A stretch of 64,000 nucleotides of DNA from Nemertoderma westbladi (taxonomy: Eukaryota; Animalia; Xenacoelomorpha), in NCBI GenBank assembly GCA_032718475.1, contig JAUCBJ010000641.1, positions 1-64,000 of the forward strand. The letters are read 5' to 3'. The notes below the pieces were generated by a model. That model was not told where the DNA came from and did no database searches. It worked only from the letters and a program-made list of their open reading frames with translations. Made by a program: the position numbers and the translations under genes. The stretch's first letter is position 1. Each line of letters starts with the position of its first letter. Shown piece after piece: positions 42,517 through 56,000 of the stretch.

Positions 42517-42745
42517 GAGTACTTTTAAGTGGTTTAGGGTGAGAAATTTTCGTACGAAAGGGAGCGCGTATGTCACAAGGCGCAGGGGCGTAGAATTTCA
42601 TATGGAAGATTTTCATCCCCGTAACAACTGATAAAATATGGAGATTCGAAAGGCATCCCATTGCAGCAAACGCCTTTCGCTTTTCCGCATTGTTTGCTGA
42701 AGGTGAAGCTTAATGTGGGTTGGGGGTTATCACAATATTGAAGAT
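42517..42745 (-). mobile_element. Degenerate LINE ORF2 post-RT region (right half of the element split by the 37-bp satellite)
   Basis: Minus strand reads approximately AFAAMGCLSNLHILSVVTGMKIFHMK, a frameshift, then LVTYALPFVRKFLTLNHLKVL, continuing in frame into the satellite unit DIIKARFVKRL. Confidence 0.65.
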
Positions 42746-42773
42746 AAATTTATTTGCGTTGTATTAAATTAAA

Positions 42774-42779
42774 TTTATT
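42774..42779 (-). terminator. Putative MEMO1 poly(A) signal
   Basis: AATAAA on the minus strand ~345 nt after the stop codon; a second copy at 42749-42754. Confidence 0.45.
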
Positions 42780-43122
42780 TAGATCAATATTTCTTATAAT
42801 AACCACAATATGTGACAATATCGACGACAAACTTGTAACAAAAAATAACAAAAAGACAAAGACAGAGAAGACAAAAGACAATGACAAATTCTTCGAATAG
42901 GAAGAGTTAGGCAGGTTTTCTTTTATAAGTTAGGCATGTGTTAGGCAATAGAATAAGTAGTTCTTAAACAAGTAACAGGAATAATTAAAATACACGTAAC
43001 CGTGAGAACATATGGGTTGGGAATGGTCCGTATGTATTTATCCCAATAAGTAGAATCAACCAGACAGTTCGTTTCTATAACAAAGCAAGGTTCCTCGCAG
43101 TAGTAGACCAGATATGATGACG

Positions 43123-43461
43123 TCACCGACGTGATCCGGAAGCGTGATTGGTCGTTGACTCTTCCGACCTGCGATTGGCTGATGCATCTCCGCCTCCTCT
43201 ATGGACCGTGCTGTTTAACGGGCGGACAACCAGCGAGGCGGCAGCGTAACTCACGGAACTGTCACTGTTGTGTTTACACCTGCTAGACTGTTTGTACTTA
43301 AGGAATCGAAGGGTTATACACGAATGACCGTTGTGGTTACTCAACTCGTGTATAGCGTTTAGCAGCACCGAGATGGGATGGCGACCACAGATTGTGTTCG
43401 CGTATTGTTTTAGATAATCGTAAAAGCCATCGGCATCCAGTTGCTCAATCAGATCCATACC
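43123..43461 (-). CDS. MEMO1: Protein MEMO1, terminal coding exon (112 aa); upstream exons lie beyond the right edge
   Basis: Acceptor TTTCCGTTCTCCCAG|GGT ATG (phase 0). GMDLIEQLD...[22 protein letters not shown]...[10 protein letters not shown]...[11 protein letters not shown] carries the NTICGRHPI and DSSVSYAA signatures of MEMO1. Confidence 0.93.
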   Translation of the reverse strand, partial: GMDLIEQLDADGFYDYLKQYANTICGRHPISVLLNAIHELSNHNGHSCITLRFLKYKQSSRCKHNSDSSVSYAAASLVVRPLNSTVHRGGGDASANRRSEESTTNHASGSRR

Positions 43462-43944
43462 CTGGGAGAACGGAAAGTATTAGTTGGTTACTCCGGTTGG
43501 AAAATCTAATGTAGAGGGCCGAGTAAACCTCTTAAAACTGTATTGCAACGAAAAATAAACGCTATTTGAAGGAAAAACTTTTTATAATATTGTATAAAGT
43601 AGAATGTAATAATTCTCTAAGAATTAATAATAAATATTTATGTTAACATATTTTTACTCTTAAAATTGCCTTTCGATCCAGACCTTCACGTGACGTTTGA
43701 GGATTGCCATTTAAATCCAGCGTAGTATTAACAGCTGCTATCAGATAGCAGAAGTATCTGAGTATCTTATCAAAATATATTATATACCAGTAATTCAGAT
43801 TCGATTTTGGACTCTTTCAGAACATGCAGTAAGTAAACTTGTCGTGAACATATTTTTGGCAGCTGAGTATTAAATTAAAATTATTAAAAGAAAAAGTGAG
43901 TATTAATAACAAAGGTTATACAAAACATTGACTATACAAATTAT

Positions 43945-44068
43945 ACGGTGGATCGCCGGATTTTTCAACTATCCGGCCGGATAGCAGATTTTGCCCAAAA
44001 TCCGCCGCATATCCGGCCGGATCGGACAGTCGGGTATCCGGTGCACTAAATCCGGAATCTAGGCGGAA
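43945..44068. mobile_element. Probable DNA-transposon end fragment rich in ATCCGG motifs
   Basis: Clustered ATCCGG/CCGGAT subterminal-type motifs, including TATCCGGTGCAC; abuts the end of the 42-bp array. No TIR pair or TSD found. Confidence 0.4.
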
Positions 44069-47000
44069 ATCTATATGTTGTATACTCTGGTGTAAGTGAC
44101 TCACCATTCTATCTATATGTAGTATACTCTGGTGTAAGTGACTCACCATTCTATCTATTTGTTGTATATTCTGGTGTAAGTGACTCACCATTCTATCTAA
44201 ATGTTGTATACTCTGGTGTAAGTGACTCACCAATCTATTTATTTGTTGTATACTCTGGTGTAAGTGACTCACCATTCTATCTAAATGTTGTATACTCTGG
44301 TGTAAGTGACTCACCATTCTATCTAAATGTTGTATACTCTGGTGTAAGTGACTCACCATTCTATCCATATGTTGTATACTCTGGTGTAAGTGACTCACCA
44401 TTCTATCTATATGTTGTATACTCTGGTGTAAGTGACTCACCATTATATCTAAATGTTGTATACTCTGGTTTAAGTGACTCACCATTCTATCTATATGTTG
44501 TATATTCTGGTGTAAGTGACTCACCATTCTATCTATATGTTGTATACTCTGGTGTAAGTGATTCACCATTCTATCTATGTTGTATACTCTGGTGTAAGTG
44601 ACTCACCATTATATCTAAATGTTGTATACTCTGGTGTAAGTGACTCACCATTCTATCTAAATCTAAATGTTGTATACTCTGGTGTAAGTGACTCATCATT
44701 CTATCTATGTTGTATACTCTGGTGTAAGTGACTCACCATTCTATCTAAATCTAAATGTTGTATACTCTGGTGTAAGTGACTCACCATTCTATCTATGTTG
44801 TATACTCTGGTGTAAGTGACTCACCATTCTATCCATATGCTGTATACTCTGGTGTAAGTAACTCACCATTATATCTATATGTTGTATACTCTGGTGTAAG
44901 TGACTCACCATTATATCTATTTGTTGTATACTCTGGTGTAAGTGACTCACCATTATATCTAAATGTTGTATACTCTGGTGTAAGTGACTCACCATTCTAT
45001 CTAAATCTAAATGTTGTATACTCTGGTGTAAGTGACTCACCATTATATCTAAATGTTGTATACTCTGGTGCAAGTGACTCACCATTATATCTATTTGTTG
45101 TATACTCTGGTGTAAGTGACTCACCATTCTATCTATTTGTTGTATACTCTGGTGTAAGTGACTCACCATTATATCTAAATGTTGTATACTCTGGTGTAAG
45201 TGACTCACCATTATATCTATTTGTTGTATACTCTGGTGTAAGTGACTCACCATTCTATCTATTTGTAGTATACTCTGGTGTAAGTGACTCACCATTCTAT
45301 CTATGTTGTATACTCTGGTGTAAGTGACTCACCATTCTATCTATATGTTGTATACTCTGGTGTAAGTGACTCACCATTCTATATATATGTTGTATACTCT
45401 GGTGTAAGTGACTCACCATTATATCTATATGTTGTATACTCTGGTGTAAGTGACTCACCATTCTATCTATATGTTGTATACTCTGGTGTAAGTGACTCAC
45501 CACCATTCTATCTATATGTTGTATACTCTGGTGTAAGTGACTCACCATTATATCTAAATGTTGTATACTCTGGTGTAAGTGACTCACCATTCTATCTATA
45601 TGTTGTATATTCTGGTGTAAGTGACTCACCATTCTATCTATTTGTTGTATACTCTGGTGTAAGTGACTCACCATTATATCTAAATGTTGTATACTCTGGT
45701 GTAAGTGACTCACCATTCTATCTATATGTTGTATACTCTGGTGTAAGTGACTCACCATTCTATCTAAATCTAAATGTTGTATACTCTGGTGTAAGTGACT
45801 CACCATTCTATCTATATGTTGTTTATTCTGGTGGATGACTCACCATTCTATCTATGTTGTATACTCTGGTGTAAGTGACTCACCATTATATCTAAATGTT
45901 GTATACTCTGGTGTAAGTGACTCACCATTCTATCTAAATCTAAATGTTGTATACTCTGGTGTAAGTGACTCACCATTCTATCTATGTTGTATACTCTGGT
46001 GTAAGTGACTCACCATTCTATCCATATGTTGTATACTCTGGTGTAAGTAACTCACCATTATATCTATATGTTGTATACTCTGGTGTAAGTGACTCACCAT
46101 TATATCTATTTGTTGTATACTCTGGTGTAAGTGACTCACCATTATATCTAAATGTTGTATACTCTGGTGTAAGTGACTCACCATTCTATCTAAATCTAAA
46201 TGTTGTATACTCTGGTGTAAGTGACTCACCATTATATCTAAATGTTGTATACTCTGGTGTAAGTAACTCACCACACCATTATATCTATTTGTTGTATACT
46301 CTGGTGTAAGTGACTCACCATTCTATATATATATGTTGTATACTCTGGTGTAAGTGACTCACCATTCTATCTATATGTTGTATACTCTGGTGTAAGTGAC
46401 TCACCATTCTATATATATGTTGTATACTCTGGTGTAAGTGACTCACCATTCTATCTATATGTTGTATACTCTGGTGTAAGTGACTCACCATTCTATCTAT
46501 ATGTTGTATACTCTGGTGTAAGTGACTCACCATTCTATCTATTTGTTGTATACTCTGGTGTAAGTGACTCACCATTCTATCTATTTGTTGTATACTCTGG
46601 TGTAAGTGACTCACCATTCTATCTATATGTTGTATACTCTGGTGTAAGTGACTCACCATTCTATCTATGTTGTATACTCTGGTGTAAGTGACTCACCATT
46701 CTATCTATATGTTGTATACTCTGGTGTAAGTGACTCACCATTATATATATATGTTGTATACTCTGGTGTAAGTGACTCACCATTCTATCTATTTGTTGTA
46801 TACTCTGGTGTAAGTGATTCACCATTCTATCTATATGTTGTATACTCTGGTGTAAGTGACTCACCATTATATCTATTTGTTGTATACTCTGGTGTAAGTG
46901 ACTCACCATTCTAACTATATGTAGTATACTCTGGTGTAAGTGACTCACCATTATATCTATTTGTTGTATACTCTGGTGTAAGTGACGCACCATTCTATCT

Positions 47001-50000
47001 ATATGTTGTATACTCTGGTGTAAGTGACTCACCATTATATCTATATGTTGTATACTCTGGTGTAAGTGACTCACCATTCCATCTATATGTTGTATACTCT
47101 GGTGTAAGTGACTCACCATTATATCTATTTGTTGTATACTCTGGTGTAAGTGACTCACCATTCCATCTATATGTTGTATACTCTGGTGTAAGTGACTCAC
47201 CATTCTATCTATATGTAATATACTCTGGTGTAAGTGACTCACCATTCTATCTATGTTGTATACTCTGGTGTAAGTGACTCACCATTCTATCTATATGTTG
47301 TATACTCTGGTGTAAGTGACTCACCATTCTATCTAAATCTAAATGTTGTATACTCTGGTGTAAGTGACTCACCATTCTATCTAAATGTTGTATACTCTGG
47401 TGTAAGTGACTCACCATTCTATCTATATGTTGTATACTCTGGTGTAAGTGACTCACCATTCTATCTATATGTAATATACTCTGGTGTAAGTGACTCACCA
47501 TTCTATCTATGTTGTATACTCTGGTGTAAGTGACTCACCATTCTATCTATATGTTGTATACTCTGGTGTAAGTGACTCACCATTCTATCTAAATCTAAAT
47601 GTTGTATACTCTGGTGTAAGTGACTCACCATTATATCTAAATGTTGTATACTCTGGTGTAAGTGACTCACCATTCTATCTAAATCTAAATGTTGTATACT
47701 CTGGTGTAAGTGACTCACCATTATATCTAAATGTTGTATACTCTGGTGCAAGTGACTCACCATTATATCTATTTGTTGTATACTCTGGTGTAAGTGACTC
47801 ACCATTCTATCTATTTGTTGTATACTCTGGTGTAAGTGACTCACCATTATATCTAAATGTTGTATACTCTGGTGTAAGTGACTCACCATTATATCTATTT
47901 GTTGTATACTCTGGTGTAAGTGACTCACCATTCTATCTATTTGTAGTATACTCTGGTGTAAGTGACTCACCATTCTATCTATGTTGTATACTCTGGTGTA
48001 AGTGACTCACCATTCTATCTATATGTTGTATACTCTGGTGTAAGTGACTCACCATTCTATATATATGTTGTATACTCTGGTGTAAGTGACTCACCATTAT
48101 ATCTATATGTTGTATACTCTGGTGTAAGTGACTCACCATTCTATCTATATGTTGTATACTCTGGTGTAAGTGACTCACCACCATTCTATCTATATGTTGT
48201 ATACTCTGGTGTAAGTGACTCACCATTATATCTAAATGTTGTATACTCTGGTGTAAGTGACTCACCATTCTATCTATATGTTGTATATTCTGGTGTAAGT
48301 GACTCACCATTCTATCTATTTGTTGTATACTCTGGTGTAAGTGACTCACCATTATATCTAAATGTTGTATACTCTGGTGTAAGTGACTCACCATTCTATC
48401 TATATGTTGTATACTCTGGTGTAAGTGACTCACCATTCTATCTAAATCTAAATGTTGTATACTCTGGTGTAAGTGACTCACCATTCTATCTATATGTTGT
48501 TTATTCTGGTGGATGACTCACCATTCTATCTATGTTGTATACTCTGGTGTAAGTGACTCACCATTATATCTAAATGTTGTATACTCTGGTGTAAGTGACT
48601 CACCATTCTATCTAAATCTAAATGTTGTATACTCTGGTGTAAGTGACTCACCATTCTATCTATGTTGTATACTCTGGTGTAAGTGACTCACCATTCTATC
48701 CATATGTTGTATACTCTGGTGTAAGTAACTCACCATTATATCTATATGTTGTATACTCTGGTGTAAGTGACTCACCATTATATCTATTTGTTGTATACTC
48801 TGGTGTAAGTGACTCACCATTATATCTAAATGTTGTATACTCTGGTGTAAGTGACTCACCATTCTATCTAAATCTAAATGTTGTATACTCTGGTGTAAGT
48901 GACTCACCATTATATCTAAATGTTGTATACTCTGGTGTAAGTAACTCACCACACCATTATATCTATTTGTTGTATACTCTGGTGTAAGTGACTCACCATT
49001 CTATATATATATGTTGTATACTCTGGTGTAAGTGACTCACCATTCTATCTATATGTTGTATACTCTGGTGTAAGTGACTCACCATTCTATATATATGTTG
49101 TATACTCTGGTGTAAGTGACTCACCATTCTATCTATATGTTGTATACTCTGGTGTAAGTGACTCACCATTCTATCTATATGTTGTATACTCTGGTGTAAG
49201 TGACTCACCATTCTATCTATTTGTTGTATACTCTGGTGTAAGTGACTCACCATTCTATCTATTTGTTGTATACTCTGGTGTAAGTGACTCACCATTCTAT
49301 CTATATGTTGTATACTCTGGTGTAAGTGACTCACCATTCTATCTATGTTGTATACTCTGGTGTAAGTGACTCACCATTCTATCTATATGTTGTATACTCT
49401 GGTGTAAGTGACTCACCATTATATATATATGTTGTATACTCTGGTGTAAGTGACTCACCATTCTATCTATTTGTTGTATACTCTGGTGTAAGTGATTCAC
49501 CATTCTATCTATATGTTGTATACTCTGGTGTAAGTGACTCACCATTATATCTATTTGTTGTATACTCTGGTGTAAGTGACTCACCATTCTAACTATATGT
49601 AGTATACTCTGGTGTAAGTGACTCACCATTATATCTATTTGTTGTATACTCTGGTGTAAGTGACGCACCATTCTATCTATATGTTGTATACTCTGGTGTA
49701 AGTGACTCACCATTATATCTATATGTTGTATACTCTGGTGTAAGTGACTCACCATTCCATCTATATGTTGTATACTCTGGTGTAAGTGACTCACCATTAT
49801 ATCTATTTGTTGTATACTCTGGTGTAAGTGACTCACCATTCCATCTATATGTTGTATACTCTGGTGTAAGTGACTCACCATTCTATCTATATGTAATATA
49901 CTCTGGTGTAAGTGACTCACCATTCTATCTATGTTGTATACTCTGGTGTAAGTGACTCACCATTCTATCTATATGTTGTATACTCTGGTGTAAGTGACTC

Positions 50001-53000
50001 ACCATTCTATCTAAATCTAAATGTTGTATACTCTGGTGTAAGTGACTCACCATTCTATCTAAATGTTGTATACTCTGGTGTAAGTGACTCACCATTCTAT
50101 CTATATGTTGTATACTCTGGTGTAAGTGACTCACCATTCTATCTATATGTTGTATACTCTGGTGTAAGTGACTCACCATTCTATCTATATGTTGTATACT
50201 CTGGTGTAAGTGACTCACTATTCTATCTATATGTTGTATACTCTGGTGTAAGTGACTCACCATTCTATCTATATGTTGTATACTCTGGTGTAAGTGAATC
50301 ACCATTCTATCTATATGCTGTCTACTCTGGTGTAAGTGACTCACCATTCTATCTATTTGTTGTATACTCTGGTGTAAGTGACTCACCATTCTATCTAAAT
50401 CTAAATGTTGTATACTCTGGTGTAAGTGACTCACCATTCTATCTATGTTGTATACTCTGGTGTAAGTGACTCACCATTATATCTAAATGTTGTATACTCT
50501 GGTGTAAGTGACTCACCATTCTATCTATATGTTGTATACTCTGGTGTAAGTGACTCACCATTCCATCTAAATGTTGTATACTCTGGTGTAAGTGACTCAC
50601 CATTCTATCTATGTGTTGTATACAAGTGACTCACCATTCTATCTATATGTTGTATACTCTGGTGTAAGTGACTCACCATTCTATCTATTTGTTGTATACT
50701 CTGGTGTAAGTGACTCACCATTCTATCTATTTGTTGTATACTCTGGTGTAAGTGACTCACCATTCTATATATATATTGTATACTCTGGTGTAAGTGACTC
50801 ACCATTCTATCTATGTTGTATACTCTGGTGTAAGTGACTCACCATTCTATCCATATGTTGTATACTCTGGTGTAAGTAACTCACCATTATATCTATATGT
50901 TGTATACTCTGGTGTAAGTGACTCACCATTATATCTATTTGTTGTATACTCTGGTGTAAGTGACTCACCATTATATCTAAATGTTGTATACTCTGGTGTA
51001 AGTGACTCACCATTCTATCTAAATCTAAATGTTGTATACTCTGGTGTAAGTGACTCACCATTATATCTAAATGTTGTATACTCTGGTGTAAGTGACTCAC
51101 CATTCTATCTATTTGTTGTATACTCTGGTGTAAGTGACTCACCATTCTATATATATGTTGTATACTCTGGTGTAAGTGACTCACCATTCTATCTATATGT
51201 TGTATACTCTGGTGTAAGTGACTCACCATTCTATCTATTTGTTGTATACTCTGGTGTAAGAGACTCACCATTATATCTAAATGTTTTATACTCTGGTGTA
51301 AGTGACTCACCATTCTATCTATTTGTTGTATACTCTGGTGTAAATGACTCACCATTCTATCTATTTGTTGTATACTCTGGTGTAAGTGACTCACCATTCT
51401 ATATGTTGTATACTCTGGTGTAAGTGACTCACTATTCTATCTATATGTTGTATACTCTGGTGTAAGTGACTCACCATTCTATATGTTGTATACTCTGGTG
51501 TAAGTGACTCACCATTCTATCTATTTGTTGCATACTCTGGTGTAAGTGACTCACCATTATATCTAAATGTTGTATACTCTGGTGTAAGTGACTCACCATT
51601 CTATCTATATGTTGTATACTCTGGTGTAAGTGACTCACCATTCTATCTATATGTTGTATACTCTGGTGTAAGTGACTCACCATTATATATAAATGTTGTA
51701 TACTCTGGTGTAAGTGACTCACCATTCTATCTATTTGTTGTATACTCTGGTGTAAGTGACTCACCATTCTATCTATATGTTGTATACTCTGGTGTAAGTG
51801 ACTCACCATTCTATCTATATGTTGTATACTCTGGTGTAAGTGACTCACCATTATATCTATTTGTTGTATACTCTGGTGTAAGTAACTCACCATTATATCT
51901 ATATGTTGTATACTCTGGTGTAAGTGACTCACCATTATATCTATTTGTTGTATACACTGGTGTAAGTGACTCACCATTATATCTATTTGTTGTATACTCT
52001 GGTGTAAGTGACTCACCATTCTATCTATTTGTTGTATACTCTGGTGTAAGTGACTCACCATTCTATCTATTTATGTATACTCTGGTGTAAGTGACTCACC
52101 ATTCTATCTATATGTTGTATACTCTGGTGTAAGTGACTCACCATTCTATCTATTTGTTGTATACTCTGGTGTAAGTGACTCACCATTCTATCTATATGTA
52201 GTATACTCTGGTGTAAGTGACTCACCATTCTATCTATATGTTGTATACTCTGGTGTAAGTGACTCACCATTCTATCTATATGTTGTATACTCTGGTGTAA
52301 GTGACTCACCATTCTATCTATTTGTTGTATACTCTGGTGTAAGTGACTCACCATTCTATCGATATGTTGTATACTCTGGTGTAAGTGACTCACCATTCTA
52401 TCTATATGTTGTATACTCTGGTGTAAGTGACTCACCATTCTATCTATATGTTGTATACTCTGGTGTAAGTGACTCACCATTCTATCTATTTGTTGTATAC
52501 TCTGGTGTAAGTGACTCACCATTCTATCGATATGTTGTATACTCTGGTGTAAGTGACTCACCATTCTATCTATATATAGTATACTCTAGTGTAAGTGACT
52601 CACCATTCTATCTATGTTGTATACTCTGGTGTAAGTGACTCACCATTCTATCTATTTGTTGTATACTCTGGTGTAAGTGACTCACCATTCCTAGATGTTG
52701 TATACTCTGGTGTAAGTGACTCACCATTCTATCTATGTTGTATACTCTGGTGTAAGTGACTCACCATTCTATCTATATGTTGTATACTCTGGTGTAAGTG
52801 ACTCACCATTATATCTATATGTTGTATACTCTGGTGTAAGTGACTCACCATTCTATCTATTTGTTGTATACTCTGGTGTAAGTGATTCACCATTCTATCT
52901 ATATGTTGTATACTCTGGTGTAAGTGACTCACCATTATATCTATTTGTTGTATACTCTGGTGTAAGTGACTCACCATTCTATCTATATGTAGTATACTCT

Positions 53001-56000
53001 GGTGTAAGTGACTCACCATTATATCTATTTGATGTATACTCTGGTGTAAGTGACGCACCATTCTATCTATATGTTGTATACTCTGGTGTAAGTGACTCAC
53101 CATTCTATCTATATGTTGTATACTCTGGTGTAAGTGACTCACCATTCTATCTATTTGTTGTATACTCTGGTGTAAGTGACTCACCATTCCATCTATATGT
53201 TGTATACTCTGGTGTAAGTGACTCACCATTCTATCTATATGTAATATACTCTGGTGTAAGTGACTCACCATTCTATCTATGTTGTATACTCTGGTGTAAG
53301 TGACTCACCATTCTATCTATATGTTGTATACTCTGGTGTAAGTGACTCACCATTCTATCTATGTTGTATACTCTGGTGTAAGTGACTCACCATTCTATCT
53401 ATGTTGTATACTCTGGTGTAAGTGACTCACCATTCTATCTATTTGTTGTATACTCTGGTGTAAGTGACTCACCATTCTATCTAGATGTTGTATACTCTGG
53501 TGTAAGTGACTCACCATTCTATCTATGTTGTATACTCTGGTGTAAGTGACTCACCATTCTATCTATATGTTGTATACTCTGGTGTAAGTGACTCACCATT
53601 ATATCTATATGTTGTATACTCTGGTGTAAGTGACTCACCATTCTATCTATTTGTTGTATACTCTGGTGTAAGTGATTCACCATTCTATCTATATGTTGTA
53701 TACTCTGGTGTAAGTGACTCACCATTATATCTATTTGTTGTATACTCTGGTGTAAGTGACTCACCATTCTATCTATATGTAGTATACTCTGGTGTAAGTG
53801 ACTCACCATTATATCTATTTGTTGTATACTCTGGTGTAAGTGACGCACCATTCTATCTATATTTTGTATACTCTGGTGTAAGTGACTCACCATTATATCT
53901 ATATGTTGTATACTCTGGTGTAAGTGACTCACCATTCTATCTATATGTTGTATACTCTGGTGTAAGTGACTCACCATTCTATCTATTTGTTGTATACTCT
54001 GGTGTAAGTGACTCACCATTCCATCTATATGTTGTATACTCTGGTGTAAGTGACTCACCATTCTATCTATATGTAATATACTCTGGTGTAAGTGACTCAC
54101 CATTCTATCTATGTTGTATACTCTGGTGTAAGTGACTCACCATTCTATCTATATGTTGTATACCCTGGTGTAAGTGACTCACCATTCTATCTATATGTTG
54201 TATACTCTGGTGTAAGTGACTCACCATTCTATCTATTTGTTGTATACTCTGGTGTAAGTGACTCACCATTCTATCTATTTGTTGTATACTCTGGTGTAAG
54301 TGACTCACCATTCTATATATATGTTGTATACTCTGGTGTAAGTGACTCACCAATCTATCTATGTTGTATACTCTGGTGTAAGTGACTCACCATTCTATCC
54401 ATATGTTGTATACTCTGGTGTAAGTAACTCACCATTATATCTATATGTTGTATACTCTGGTGTAAGTGACTCACCATTATATCTATTTGTTGTATACTCT
54501 GGTGTAAGTGACTCACCATTATATCTAAATGTTGTATACTCTGGTGTAAGTGACTCACCATTCTATCTAAATCTAAATGTTGTATACTCTGGTGTAAGTG
54601 ACTCACCATTATATCTAAATGTTGTATACTCTGGTGTAAGTGACTCACCATTCTATCTATTTGTTGTATACTCTGGTGTAAGTGACTCACCATTCTATAT
54701 ATATGTTGTATACTCTGGTGTAAGTGACTCACCATTCTATCTATATGTTGTATACTCTGGTGTAAGTGACTCACCATTCTATCTATTTGTTGTATTATCT
54801 GGTGTAAGAGACTCACCATTCTATCTAGATGTTGTATACTCTGGTGTAAGTGACTCACCATTCTATCTATGTTGTATACTCTGGTGTAAGTGACTCACCA
54901 TTCTATCTATATGTTGTATACTCTGGTGTAAGTGACTCACCATTATATCTATATGTTGTATACTCTGGTGTAAGTGACTCACCATTCTATCTATTTGTTG
55001 TATACTCTGGTGTAAGTGATTCACCATTCTATCTATATGTTGTATACTCTGGTGTAAGTGACTCACCATTATATCTATTTGTTGTATACTCTGGTGTAAG
55101 TGACTCACCATTCTATCTATATGTAGTATACTCTGGTGTAAGTGACTCACCATTATATCTATTTGTTGTATACTCTGGTGTAAGTGACGCACCATTCTAT
55201 CTATATGTTGTATACTCTGGTGTAAGTGACTCACCATTATATCTATATGTTGTATACTCTGGTGTAAGTGACTCACCATTCTATCTATATGTTGTATACT
55301 CTGGTGTAAGTGACTCACCATTCTATCTATTTGTTGTATACTCTGGTGTAAGTGACTCACCATTCCATCTATATGTTGTATACTCTGGTGTAAGTGACTC
55401 ACCATTCTATCTATATGTAATATACTCTGGTGTAAGTGACTCACCATTCTATCTATGTTGTATACTCTGGTGTAAGTGACTCACCATTCTATCTATATGT
55501 TGTATACCCTGGTGTAAGTGACTCACCATTCTATCTATATGTTGTATACTCTGGTGTAAGTGACTCACCATTCTATCTATTTGTTGTATACTCTGGTGTA
55601 AGTGACTCACCATTCTATCTATTTGTTGTATACTCTGGTGTAAGTGACTCACCATTCTATCTATATGTTGTATACTCTGGTGTAAGTGACTCACCATTCT
55701 ATCTATGTTGTATACTCTGGTGTAAGTGACTCACCATTCTATCCATATGTTGTATACTCTGGTGTAAGTGACTCACCATTATATCTATATGTTGTATACT
55801 CTGGTGTAAGTGACTCACCATTATATCTATTTGTTGTATACTCTGGTGTAAGTGACTCACCATTATATCTAAATGTTGTATACTCTGGTGTAAGTGACTC
55901 ACCATTCTATCTAAATCTAAATGTTGTATACTCTGGTGTAAGTGACTCACCATTATATCTAAATGTTGTATACTCTGGTGTAAGTGACTCACCATTCTAT

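Noticed and set aside
42941-43126. 61-aa ORF overlapping the MEMO1 stop
   Set aside because: Lies in the probable 3' UTR with no homology cues.
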